Part shown: in pieces, positions 1 through 9,022 of the stretch
How positions within the stretch are numbered: position 1 is the first letter of the stretch
How the letters are laid out: every line of letters starts with the position of its first letter
Source: a virus
Length of the DNA stretch: 64,000 nt
Reading direction: 5' to 3' (one strand)
IMG/VR virus record: IMGVR_UViG_3300020536_000010
Coordinates: 15,038-79,037 of that record
Notes under the pieces: generated by a model
Seen by the model: only the letters and a program-made list of their open reading frames with translations
Database searches by the model: none
What the model was told of the DNA's origin: nothing
Translations under genes and position numbers: made by a program

Positions 1-2
1 AA

Positions 3-1979
3 AATGGTGTAGATGACTCTACAACAGACGACCTTGATGAAGGCACAACAAACCTTTATTATACAAACCAGAGAGTTGATGACTACATCAATGCATCTAT
101 TGACACTGATGACATTTCTGAGGGTGCTACAAACAAGTACTTTACAGAGGGACGAGTTCACGATGCTCTATCTGCTGGAGATGGTCTAGACTATAACTCC
201 ACAACTGGTGAATTCTCTGCAGATCTTGGATACGGTCTACAGTTTGATGGCTCTGGACAGATTGAGGTTGATGGCTCAGTAATTGCAACTGACCAAAATC
301 TATCTGACGCAATTGATGCTCACAACGTATCTTCTGGAGTTCACGGAGTAACTGGAGATGTTGTTGGTACAACAGATTCTCAGACTCTGTCAAACAAGAC
401 TCTCGGATCTAACCTAGATGCTGGAACACACAGAATTACAAACCTTAGCGACCCATCAAGCTCATCTGATGCAGCTACCAAGGCATATGTTGATTCATAT
501 GCTGAGGGTCTTCACATTCACGCATCAGCAGTTGCTGCTACCACAACAAACATTAGCATAGCTAATGACCTTATGGTTGGAGACACTATTGACGGCGTTA
601 ATCTTGCATCTGGAAACCGTGTCCTTGTAAAGAACCAGACCAATGCTGCAGAAAATGGTATTTATGAAGTTCAGCCATCTGGATCTGCTCTTCGTGCAGC
701 AGACTTTGATGCTCCAGCTGAAGTAAACGGTGGTGACTTTATCTTCGTAACTGGAGGTAACGCTAACGACAACACTGGTTGGGTACAGACATCTACAGGC
801 GTAGTTACAATTGGAACTGACCCAATTACCTTTACTCAGTTCTCTGGTGCTGGCACATACCTTGCTGGAAATGGTCTAGACCTTAATGGCAACACATTTG
901 AAATTGATGAAACCGTTGTTGCTACTAGAACATGGGTTGGGGAAGAGCTTGATGCACACGTAGATCTAGAAAGCGGTGTGCACGGTGTAACTGGTGATGT
1001 TGTCGGTACAAGCGACACTCAGACTCTTACCAATAAGACTCTTGGTTCTGGAACAGTGCTTGGTGCAAATCTTGATGCAACCAACACATACAAGGTTACA
1101 AACCTTGTAGACCCAACATCCAACCAGGATGCAGCAACCAAGAAGTATGTTGATGATGAAGTTTCTGATGTTGCTGGAGACCTAACTACACACCAGAATG
1201 CTACAACTGGTATTCACGGTGTAACTGGAAACATTGTAGGAACCTCCGACAGCCAGACACTAACAAACAAGACAATTGATGGATCTAGCAATACACTTTC
1301 AAACATTGCAAATGCATCTCTTGTAAATGATTCTGTTACAGTAAATGGCAATGAGGTTGAGCTTGGCTCAAGCATCACGCTTGACACTGACGATGTTGCA
1401 GAGGGCACTACAAATAAGTACTTCACTGACAACCGTGCCAAGGATGCAGCAGGATATTTGCTAGAAAATGCATCACAGACAAATATTGCAATCGTTTATG
1501 ATGAAGTAAACCGCACATTGTCTGTTACAGCAGAGAATGGTGTTGCAGATTCAGACACTGACGATCTAGCTGAAGGCACAAGCAACCTTTACTTTACTGA
1601 TCAGAGGGCAATTGATGCTCTAGAGGGAGTTACACCAAACTTCCCAGCAGTGGAGATTGATTCTGTTGCAAAGCAGGTAGCTGCAGAAGCTTCTGTCCCA
1701 ACTGCAAGCACAAGCACTGCAGTTTCATGGGCTAAGGCAGACTACAGATCAGCTGAATTCCTAGTAAAATTTGCTAGTGGATCTCACACAGAAATTGCAA
1801 AGGTACTTCTAACAATGGACACTTCTGACAACATTGCTATTACAGAATATGCAATTGTCGGAACCAACGGAGACCTTGGCTCAATTTCTGCAGATGTAAA
1901 TGGAAATGATGTAAGACTACGTGTTACAACTGTAAACAACAACTCAACAGTTGCTGTGGTTGGAACACTACTAAAGTAA
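3..1979 (+). CDS. Tail fibre-like structural protein, 5'-truncated by the window edge
   Basis: The frame is open from nt 3 (NGVDDSTTDDLDEGTTNLYY...), so the ORF-track start at 573 is internal. It has repeated TDD(L/I/V)xEGxxN(L/K)Y(F/Y)TxxR motifs (4 copies), G(V/I)HGVTG(D/N)(V/I)VGTxDxQTLxNKT motifs (3 copies) and DAATKxYVD fibre motifs. Confidence 0.8.
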   Translation, partial: NGVDDSTTDDLDEGTTNLYYTNQRVDDYINASIDTDDISEGATNKYFTEGRVHDALSAGDGLDYNSTTGEFSADLGYGLQFDGSGQIEVDGSVIATDQNLSDAIDAHNVSSGVHGVTGDVVGTTDSQTLSNKTLGSNLDAGTHRITNLSDPSSSSDAATKAYVDSYAEGLHIHASAVAATTTNISIANDLMVGDTIDGVNLASGNRVLVKNQTNAAENGIYEVQPSGSALRAADFDAPAEVNGGDFIFVTGGNANDNTGWVQTSTGVVTIGTDPITFTQFSGAGTYLAGNGLDLNGNTFEIDETVVATRTWVGEELDAHVDLESGVHGVTGDVVGTSDTQTLTNKTLGSGTVLGANLDATNTYKVTNLVDPTSNQDAATKKYVDDEVSDVAGDLTTHQNATTGIHGVTGNIVGTSDSQTLTNKTIDGSSNTLSNIANASLVNDSVTVNGNEVELGSSITLDTDDVAEGTTNKYFTDNRAKDAAGYLLENASQTNIAIVYDEVNRTLSVTAENGVADSDTDDLAEGTSNLYFTDQRAIDALEGVTPNFPAVEIDSVAKQVAAEASVPTASTSTAVSWAKADYRSAEFLVKFASGSHTEIAKVLLTMDTSDNIAITEYAIVGTNGDLGSISADVNGNDVRLRVTTVNNNSTVAVVGTLLK

Positions 1980-2012
1980 AATAAAATATAGATAACAGGA
2001 GAGTGGTAGATC

Positions 2013-2468
2013 TTGGCTACAACAGATAAAGACTTTAAGGTCAAAAATGGCTTGCAGGTTGCAAGTGGAGGTTCGTTTGGTGGTGCAGTAACAGTTGGCA
2101 CACCAAGCCTAGCTGACCATGCTGTAACTAAGTCTTATGTTGATGCTCTAATTGGCGGTATGCCAGTTGGATCTACCCCTCCTGTTTCTCCAGATAATGG
2201 AGACATGTGGTTTGATACGCTAACAGAAAGAGTTAACGTATACTATGGCGGTACATGGTTAACCATAGCAGTAATTGATGACACCCTGAATATTCCACAA
2301 CACATTCACGATACATCAATTGACGGAAATGGCTTAATCGTAACTACTTTTACAAGTGGTGGAAGCTTTAATGATCCACAGGGAGCACCAGTAGATGGTG
2401 GTGGACCAGACACAACTGTTTGGACACTAACACTTGATGGTGGAAGTCCTGTAGATAACTTTAACTAA
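2013..2468 (+). CDS. Small fibre-associated virion protein
   Basis: TTG start with AGGAGAG upstream. Contains the HAVTKSYVD fibre motif and a PPxxPxxGDxWFDT motif. Lies between two fibre genes. Confidence 0.65.
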   Translation: MATTDKDFKVKNGLQVASGGSFGGAVTVGTPSLADHAVTKSYVDALIGGMPVGSTPPVSPDNGDMWFDTLTERVNVYYGGTWLTIAVIDDTLNIPQHIHDTSIDGNGLIVTTFTSGGSFNDPQGAPVDGGGPDTTVWTLTLDGGSPVDNFN

Positions 2469-2473
2469 AATAG

Positions 2474-2482
2474 CGGTATAAT
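2474..2482 (+). promoter_or_regulatory. Putative -10 promoter (CGGTATAAT)
   Basis: TATAAT at 2477-2482 in the intergenic gap; RBS AGGAG precedes ATG 2522. Confidence 0.5.
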
Positions 2483-2521
2483 AAAAGAGTATGGGCAGAA
2501 CCCATTAGGAGAAAAGTATAA

Positions 2522-4519
2522 ATGGCAACTAGAATGCAGCAACGCAGAGGAACTGCGGCACAATGGACAGCAGCAGACCCAGTATTGGGTGCTGGTGAAA
2601 TAGGTTTTGAAACTGACACTGGTAAATTTAAGATGGGTGATGGCACTAGCTCATGGACTGAGCTGTACTACTTCCTAGACTCAAATGACCTTGACCTAGG
2701 CGGAAGCCTTGATGATTATGTTCCTCTAACCCAGAAGGGTGCTAACAATGGTGTTGCCACACTTGACTCTGCTGGAAAAGTTCCTCTTACTCAGCTAGGA
2801 AATATCATTGACGGTGCTCCAGAGGCACTAAATACTCTTAATGAGCTTGCTGCAGCAATCTCAGACGATCCTGACTTCTATACTAATATTACTGACATAA
2901 CCTCAGATATTGCTGATTTAAACACATCTTATGGAGACCTGTTTACTTCTGTAGGTATCGTATCATCTGCTGTCAGTGATCTCACAACAGATTTGGGTAC
3001 AGCAGAAACAAATATTACAACATTAACAAATGACCTAAATACTTTAGAAACTACTGTATCTGGGGTTCAAGGCTCTTTAGCAACAGCAGAAACAGATATT
3101 GATAATCTTCAATCAGAGGTTTCTGGTCTAGAGACAACCGTAGGCAATCTAGAAACAGAAAAGGCTCCAACGGCTAGTCCAACGTTTAGTGGAACGGTAG
3201 TTCTTCCATCAACAACATCTATTGGCGATGTTAGCAATACAGAGATTTCTTATCTTAACGGAGTTACCTCTGATATTCAGACACAGTTAGATGGAAAGCT
3301 TGCTTCTTCTACAGCCTCTTCAACCTATGCCCCACTTTCTGGGCCAACTTTTACTGGAACAGTAACCCTTCCATCTACAACAAGCATTGGCTCTGTATCT
3401 GACACAGAGCTTGGATACTTGAATGGCGTTACATCAGATATTCAGACACAGCTTAATGCTAAGGCACCAACGGCTGATCCAACCTTTACAGGAACTGTTT
3501 CTGGTGTTACAGCAACACATGTCGGACTTGGCAACGTAGACAATACGTCTGATGCCAACAAGCCAGTTTCTACAGCTACTCAGACTGCTTTAGATGCAAA
3601 GCTAAGCCTTTCTGGTGGCACAATGACTGGTGCACTGACTCTGTCTGGTGCACCTACAGAGGCTAATCACGCTGCAACTAAAGCTTATGCAGACTCTATC
3701 TCTGAAGGTCTTCACGTTCACCCATCTTGTGTTGCTGCAACTACAGCAAATGTTAACCTATCAAATGCTCTTGAAAACGGAGACGTTCTTGATGGAGTCA
3801 CCCTTGTAACTGGCGATCGTGTTCTGGTTAAAAACCAAACAACAGCTAGCGAAAATGGTATTTATATTGTTCAGGCTTCTGGAGCTGCCCTACGGGCCTC
3901 TGATTTCAATGAGCCACTAGAAGTTGATGGCGGAGACTTTGTTTTCGTAACAGGCGGTACTGTTAATGACAATACTGGATGGGTTCAGACAGCTACTAAC
4001 GTAGTTACTATTGGCACTGACCCAATTACTTTTGTTCAGTTTGCTGGAGCTGGAACTATTACAGCTGGAACTAACGTAAGCGTAAATGGCTCAGAGATTT
4101 CTGTTGTAAACAACCCAACATTTTCTGGACTCGTTACAGCAGCAGCTGCTGGTGTTGCGTTCTCTGACGGAACTCAGACAAAAGAAGGTGTTCCATCACG
4201 TACAGCTATAACACAGGTTACTGCAGCATATAACTTGTCTACTGGTGGCCTTTCACTTAGAGATGGACTTGTTGAAGTATCTCACACTGGTGGTTCTGCA
4301 GTTGCAGTTACAATTCCAGCAGATTCTACTACAAACTTCCCAATTGGTACATCAATAGATGTTCTAAGAACAAATACTGGTGGTGTATCGATTGCTGGTG
4401 CTGCTGGCGTAACAGTTAATGCAACACCAGGCCTAAACCTCCGTGCTCAGTGGTCTTCTGTAACTCTCTTTAAGAGAGCTGCAAATACCTGGGTAGCATT
4501 CGGAGACCTTGCATCTTAA
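2522..4519 (+). CDS. Tail fibre protein (Mtd/hyaluronidase-type N-terminal domain, coiled coil, repeats)
   Basis: N-terminus RRGTAAQWTAADPVLGAGEIGFETDTGKFKMGDG is typical of Mtd_N-like fibre attachment domains. Also has an APEALNTLNELAAA motif, a heptad region and a duplicated PTFxGTVxLPSTTSIG..YLNGVTSDIQTQL repeat. Confidence 0.8.
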   Translation: MATRMQQRRGTAAQWTAADPVLGAGEIGFETDTGKFKMGDGTSSWTELYYFLDSNDLDLGGSLDDYVPLTQKGANNGVATLDSAGKVPLTQLGNIIDGAPEALNTLNELAAAISDDPDFYTNITDITSDIADLNTSYGDLFTSVGIVSSAVSDLTTDLGTAETNITTLTNDLNTLETTVSGVQGSLATAETDIDNLQSEVSGLETTVGNLETEKAPTASPTFSGTVVLPSTTSIGDVSNTEISYLNGVTSDIQTQLDGKLASSTASSTYAPLSGPTFTGTVTLPSTTSIGSVSDTELGYLNGVTSDIQTQLNAKAPTADPTFTGTVSGVTATHVGLGNVDNTSDANKPVSTATQTALDAKLSLSGGTMTGALTLSGAPTEANHAATKAYADSISEGLHVHPSCVAATTANVNLSNALENGDVLDGVTLVTGDRVLVKNQTTASENGIYIVQASGAALRASDFNEPLEVDGGDFVFVTGGTVNDNTGWVQTATNVVTIGTDPITFVQFAGAGTITAGTNVSVNGSEISVVNNPTFSGLVTAAAAGVAFSDGTQTKEGVPSRTAITQVTAAYNLSTGGLSLRDGLVEVSHTGGSAVAVTIPADSTTNFPIGTSIDVLRTNTGGVSIAGAAGVTVNATPGLNLRAQWSSVTLFKRAANTWVAFGDLAS

Positions 4520-4539
4520 TATTAAGGAGAAAATAGAAC

Positions 4540-5364
4540 ATGGCAGTAGGAAAAAGACCTGGTAGAAGGTCACAGGCATCAAACGACTTTCTAGAGCCAA
4601 AGGCACCAACAAGCGTATCTGCTACTAACGTTGGAACTGGGAGGGCATTTAATGATGGTGCTGCCACAGTTACTTTTTCTTTACCTGGTGATTCTCCAGC
4701 AGCTACTTCTTATACAGTAACAGCTACTGCTTCTGGTCAAACAACCAGGACTGCTAGCGGAGCTACATCACCATTAACAGTAACAGGTCTTGTTGGTGGA
4801 GTAACCTATACAGTTAGCGTTACTGCAACTAATAATGCTGGAACATCTGCCGCTTCTTCTTCAACCACTGTTGCCATTACTACAGTACCAGGAGCACCAG
4901 CTGCCCCGTCAGTTGCTTCAACTGTTATAAATCAAGACTCTATTTCTTGGTCTGCACCAAACACTGGTGGAAGTGCAATTACTGGATACCGTTGGGAAAG
5001 TAGCGACAATAAGTCAAACAACGTTGCTTCTAACGTTACATCCGCTACAGTAACACAAGAAGGTGGAACTTCTCAGACATATAAGGTTCGTGCAAGCAAT
5101 GCTAATGGAGACGGTGCATTTTCTCCTAATTCATCTAGCGTTACTACGTTTAGTCCTTTCTTCCCGCCATTCTTCCCATTCTTCCCGCCATTCTTCCCGC
5201 CGTTTTTCCCATTCTTCCCATTCTTTCCACCATTCTTCCCATTCTTCCCATTCTTCCCATTCTTCCCACCATATTTCCCATCGTTTGGACCATTTTTCCC
5301 ACCATTCTTCCCACCATTCTTCCCAAGCTTCCCAGGTGGAGCTGGAGGGTCTAAGTTCTTCTAA
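4540..5364 (+). CDS. Fibronectin type III-domain protein with C-terminal Phe/Pro polymer
   Basis: RBS AAGGAG. Two FN3-like units (P.APT.V...Y.VT...TGL..GVTYTVSVTATNNAG; PGAP..P...SWSAP.TGGS.ITGY...YKVRASNANG.G), then (FFP/FFPP)n and GGAGGSKFF. Confidence 0.85.
   Translation: MAVGKRPGRRSQASNDFLEPKAPTSVSATNVGTGRAFNDGAATVTFSLPGDSPAATSYTVTATASGQTTRTASGATSPLTVTGLVGGVTYTVSVTATNNAGTSAASSSTTVAITTVPGAPAAPSVASTVINQDSISWSAPNTGGSAITGYRWESSDNKSNNVASNVTSATVTQEGGTSQTYKVRASNANGDGAFSPNSSSVTTFSPFFPPFFPFFPPFFPPFFPFFPFFPPFFPFFPFFPFFPPYFPSFGPFFPPFFPPFFPSFPGGAGGSKFF
5149..5334 (+). repeat. Coding low-complexity repeat of TTC-TTC-CCA(-CCA) units encoding (FFP/FFPP)n
   Basis: 62 codons: 32 Phe, 25 Pro, 5 other (3 Ser, Tyr, Gly). 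Synonymous variants TTT/TTC and CCA/CCG/CCT are present. Confidence 0.95.
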
Positions 5365-5378
5365 GATAAGATAATAAA

Positions 5379-5411
5379 ACAAAGCCCAGAGATGTCGTCT
5401 CTGGGCTTTGT
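5379..5411 (+). terminator. Strong hairpin (terminator or mRNA-stabilising stem)
   Basis: Perfect 14-bp inverted repeat ACAAAGCCCAGAGA / TCTCTGGGCTTTGT with a 5-nt loop just after the FN3 gene; only a short U-tract. Confidence 0.7.
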
Positions 5412-5419
5412 GCTATAAT
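5411..5419 (+). promoter_or_regulatory. Extended -10 promoter, leaderless transcript
   Basis: TGCTATAAT, followed 6 nt later by ATG 5426; no SD. Confidence 0.65.
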
Positions 5420-5425
5420 TTAGTT

Positions 5426-6163
5426 ATGACAAATAATTGGCTAACAAAAGATAGATCAGAAACAGATTCAAATAGAATGCCAGAAAGATTTACACAGGCT
5501 GGAATTTTAGTTACTAATCCAGCATTGGGCATTAATATATACAACCAGGCAATCGATGAAAAAACTTGTGACTATATTATTGAAACTTTAGAAAATAACC
5601 TTAATGGGCAAACAAAATATTCTTGGCAGGGTGCAAAAGTAACTGAGGCAGACACTGTTCTTGAAGAGGCTCGAAAGTGCTTAGATTTTAAAGTAAGTTC
5701 AAATAATCTTGGGCCAAGAGATAACCATAATTCAAGCCTATATGACATGCACGAAATTGCTTTTCGTTCAATAAAGCCAAACGTTGATGACTATGGAATG
5801 TATTGGGGTGTTGGGGTAAATTTTTTTGAAGCATTTAATTTTGTCAAATATGATGGACCAGGAACACACTTCAAGATTCATGCTGATCATGGACCAGCAT
5901 ATGTTACAACCGTATCTGTAGTGGCATATGTTAATGATGACTATGAAGGCGGAGAGCTTTACTTTCCACGGTTTAATCTAAAGCTAAAGCCAAAAAGGGG
6001 AGATGTCATGGTTTTCCCATCAACATATATTTATGAGCATGCATCTAACGATATGATTAACGGAACAAAGTATTCTATCGTAATTATGACTGACTACAAT
6101 AATCGTGGTGGATTAAGAAACTTTAACTACCGTCAAGAAGATATGAATAAAATATATTATTAG
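5426..6163 (+). CDS. 2OG-Fe(II) oxygenase, prolyl-4-hydroxylase-like (no. 1)
   Basis: HAD...YVNDDYEGGELYF...H...GTKYS motifs. Start moved from 5408 to the leaderless ATG at 5426. Confidence 0.85.
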   Translation: MTNNWLTKDRSETDSNRMPERFTQAGILVTNPALGINIYNQAIDEKTCDYIIETLENNLNGQTKYSWQGAKVTEADTVLEEARKCLDFKVSSNNLGPRDNHNSSLYDMHEIAFRSIKPNVDDYGMYWGVGVNFFEAFNFVKYDGPGTHFKIHADHGPAYVTTVSVVAYVNDDYEGGELYFPRFNLKLKPKRGDVMVFPSTYIYEHASNDMINGTKYSIVIMTDYNNRGGLRNFNYRQEDMNKIYY

Positions 6164-6170
6164 GAAAATT

Positions 6171-6875
6171 ATGAGTGCACAAGAAGATTTACAAAAAAGA
6201 ATAGAAGATTTTTATAAAATTGATGAAATTACTTGGTCATCAATAGATGATCTAGGAAGCGGAATTTTTTTATTTAGGAATGTCCTGCCAACCTCAATGA
6301 ACATTATTGAAAGGCTAGAGTCAGTTTTGCAAGACCCCTCTAATCAATATAAATATGCAGAAGCAATGGTTGGCTATGGAATGAAAATCCCAGAATATAG
6401 AGATTGCTATGATTTTAAGTATAAAAAGACTGACATTCAACACGACAAAAGTGAAGCATCTATAAAGCTTCAACAGCTATGGGATGAGGTTTATTTTAGG
6501 CAGTTGCAAGCAGTAAAATACTATTGCAAGGTTCACAATATTGGAGAGCTTAGATATTGGGAGGCAATGAATTATGTAAAGTATGGTCCAGGACAGCACT
6601 TTCAAGAGCATTCAGACAATGGGTTTTCTTATAACTGTGTAGTTTCTTTGGTAGCATATCCAAATGATGATTATGAAGGCGGAGAGCTATTTTTTAGGCT
6701 CCAAAACTTAAATATTAAACCAAAGGCTGGAGACTTATTTGTATTTCCTTCAAACTTTATGTATCCACATAGAGCTATGCCAGTTACTAGTGGGACAAAG
6801 TATTCTATAGTTACAATGCTAGATTATTCGGACAAATATCATAGACCAGATTTTTATCAGGAGACTGGGAATTAA
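6171..6875 (+). CDS. 2OG-Fe(II) oxygenase, prolyl-4-hydroxylase-like (no. 2)
   Basis: HSD...NDDYEGGELFF...FPS...H...GTKYS. Confidence 0.85.
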   Translation: MSAQEDLQKRIEDFYKIDEITWSSIDDLGSGIFLFRNVLPTSMNIIERLESVLQDPSNQYKYAEAMVGYGMKIPEYRDCYDFKYKKTDIQHDKSEASIKLQQLWDEVYFRQLQAVKYYCKVHNIGELRYWEAMNYVKYGPGQHFQEHSDNGFSYNCVVSLVAYPNDDYEGGELFFRLQNLNIKPKAGDLFVFPSNFMYPHRAMPVTSGTKYSIVTMLDYSDKYHRPDFYQETGN

Positions 6876-7594
6876 TGGCTAAAGTTTTTGTATATACCTC
6901 TGGTCAGATGGCAAAAATAGACCAATTGCCACTGCATCGTGATTGGATGGACACTACGTTTGATAGACATGCCTATCACTGTTTTCCAGTATCATTATCT
7001 AATAGGCTAGGTTGGGGAATTTCATTTCCAGAAGATATAACTTTTATTTGGGATGGCATAAATGATTCAACTGGAGATCATGTTAAAATATTATCTGGTT
7101 CTAAATACGCTCATCCAAATCGTGGCAATAGAACGATTAGCTTTTACACAGATATCACATTTTTTGAAGAAAATGGTAAAAATATAACTCTTTTGACAAT
7201 GCCAGTGCCAAATCAATTTATCAGGGGTGCTCAATGTATGACAACCCTATTGAGCACATCTGTGCTTGCTAGTGATCTGCCAATTGCCTGGATGATAACA
7301 GAACCAAATATAGAAATAACAATTCCAGCTAATACTCCAGTAGCAGCAGTTTTGCCAGTATCATTAGCAGATATTCAATCACATGAGATAGAAGTTCGTA
7401 ATGGCAGGCCACCATATGAAGACAATGAGTGGAATAATAAAATGCGTGATCGTGGTATTGTAAGTCAAGAAAAAAATTCAAGAGGGGAGTGGACACATTT
7501 TTATAGGGATGCTATTGATCACAATGGAGATCCTATTGGACATCACGAAGCAAAAAAGATAGTTATGAAGGTTACAAATAATGCCAAAAATTAA
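6875..7594 (+). CDS. DUF6065-like protein
   Basis: RDWMD..FDRHAYHCFPVSLSNRLGW...F.WDG motif, as recalled for DUF6065. Start overlaps the upstream stop (TAATG). Confidence 0.6.
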   Translation: MAKVFVYTSGQMAKIDQLPLHRDWMDTTFDRHAYHCFPVSLSNRLGWGISFPEDITFIWDGINDSTGDHVKILSGSKYAHPNRGNRTISFYTDITFFEENGKNITLLTMPVPNQFIRGAQCMTTLLSTSVLASDLPIAWMITEPNIEITIPANTPVAAVLPVSLADIQSHEIEVRNGRPPYEDNEWNNKMRDRGIVSQEKNSRGEWTHFYRDAIDHNGDPIGHHEAKKIVMKVTNNAKN

Positions 7595-8306
7595 ATTTAT
7601 AACAAATAGGCCATGGCTTTCTGAAAAAGACCCATCTGCCCCAGAACCAGTTTCTAAAAGTCTTCCAGATTGGTATAAAAATGCAGATAGATATGCAAAA
7701 ATGTCTAATGGACAGCATTTGATTGGCCCAGATAAAGGAAAAATTCCAACATGGAAGGCATGTCCAGCCTTATACGATATATTTGTAACTGGGTATACTT
7801 ATAAAACCCCATGCGATATTGAGTTTTATCTTAATGATAATGATGAAATTTCTGTAAGAGTTTCTAATCAAAAGTACCATGATTTTGTTCATTTAAGACC
7901 ACCAATGCAGCAATTTGAGCATCCAAAAGGATATTATAAAAAGCATTTTGCCTGGTGGCCAGACTGGGCGGTAGCAGTTCCAGATGGATATAGTGTATTA
8001 TATTCTCAACCATTTGGAAGATATGATTTGCCATTTCTTACAACTAGCGGTATTGTAGATAATGACAAGGTAAACTTGCCAGGAACTTTTCCATTTTTTA
8101 TTCAAGAAGGATGGACTGGAGTCTTACCAGCAGGAACTGCATACGCACAAATGATTCCATTTAAAAGAGAAGACTGGGAATCAGAATATGAAATTAGTAC
8201 ATCTGAGACTATAATGAAAAAGAATTTTGAAAATGTCAAAAAATATAGGGTTCCAAATGGTGGAGTATACTTAAATGAGGTCTGGGAGAGAAGAAAATAT
8301 GAATAG
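7581..8306 (+). CDS. DUF6065-related conserved phage protein
   Basis: PEP..K.LPDWYK...TWKACP...D...GY...P.GYS.L...P......F....GIVD.D...GT..AQMIPFKREDW pattern. Confidence 0.55.
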   Translation: MPKIKFITNRPWLSEKDPSAPEPVSKSLPDWYKNADRYAKMSNGQHLIGPDKGKIPTWKACPALYDIFVTGYTYKTPCDIEFYLNDNDEISVRVSNQKYHDFVHLRPPMQQFEHPKGYYKKHFAWWPDWAVAVPDGYSVLYSQPFGRYDLPFLTTSGIVDNDKVNLPGTFPFFIQEGWTGVLPAGTAYAQMIPFKREDWESEYEISTSETIMKKNFENVKKYRVPNGGVYLNEVWERRKYE

Positions 8307-8321
8307 AAATAGGAGTTGTTT

Positions 8322-8990
8322 ATGGAAAATTTAGCAAATAATAGTGTGGTTGACAGAGTCTCTATAACTCCGTCTGGATTTTTTGGATCTTCCTCAGAAA
8401 ATATTGTAACATTAGAAGATTTTATGACTGAATATGAAATAACTAGATTAAATGATTTCATAAGGTCTAATGAAAATTGGGATATAACTGAAACTCACTA
8501 TAATGAAAATGGAACGGTTATTTATGATTCTGGATATTGGGCTAATCGTGTAGCGACTTATCCAACAATTCAAAAAACAAACCCAGAAATACCTGAAATT
8601 ATAGAAGGCATGGTTGCAAGATTAAAGATTGAAGTAGACAAGTTTTTTGGTGTAGATGCTTTGCCAACTAGCCCAGCCATGGTTAGATGGCTTCCTGGCC
8701 AATTTCAAATGCCGCATGCAGATAAAGAATTGCACACTGGTCCAGACGCTGGAAAGCCCAATGATTTTCCATACTATGACATTGCTGGACTTTTTTATGT
8801 TAATGATGACTATGAGGGGGGAGAGCTATACTTTCCAAACCAAGGAATTCAGTTTAAACCTAAAAGGGGAGCTGCCTACTTCTTCCCAGGAGATATGAAC
8901 TATATACATGGTGTAACAGAGATAAAGTCTGGAATCAGGTATACAGTTCCATTCTTTTGGACGATACTATCTCATAAGGGCAATTCTTAG
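8322..8990 (+). CDS. 2OG-Fe(II) oxygenase, prolyl-4-hydroxylase-like (no. 3)
   Basis: HAD...YVNDDYEGGELYF...HGV...GIRYT; RBS AGGAG before ATG 8322. Confidence 0.85.
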   Translation: MENLANNSVVDRVSITPSGFFGSSSENIVTLEDFMTEYEITRLNDFIRSNENWDITETHYNENGTVIYDSGYWANRVATYPTIQKTNPEIPEIIEGMVARLKIEVDKFFGVDALPTSPAMVRWLPGQFQMPHADKELHTGPDAGKPNDFPYYDIAGLFYVNDDYEGGELYFPNQGIQFKPKRGAAYFFPGDMNYIHGVTEIKSGIRYTVPFFWTILSHKGNS

Positions 8991-8994
8991 GCTA

Positions 8995-9003
8995 TGGTAT
9001 AAT
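8995..9003 (+). promoter_or_regulatory. Extended -10 promoter
   Basis: TGGTATAAT in the gap before 9023 (RBS GGAGAG). Confidence 0.6.
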
Positions 9004-9022
9004 CTTAATTGGAGAGTGGTTT

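Noticed and set aside
2522-4519. Diversity-generating retroelement suggested by the Mtd-like N-terminus
   Set aside because: No reverse transcriptase in the window and no TR/VR pair differing only at adenines; the repeats seen are diverged coding paralogs.
5149-5334. Possible CRISPR array or non-coding satellite
   Set aside because: No repeat-spacer structure; in-frame coding. The Cas4-like gene at 52651 is a solo phage exonuclease with no other cas genes.
5063-5382. His/Ser-rich ORF (5063-5374, +) and Trp/Glu-rich ORF (5131-5382, -)
   Set aside because: These are shadow frames of the TTC/CCA repeat. Base variation is synonymous in the Phe/Pro frame, which is fused to a bona fide FN3 gene with an RBS.
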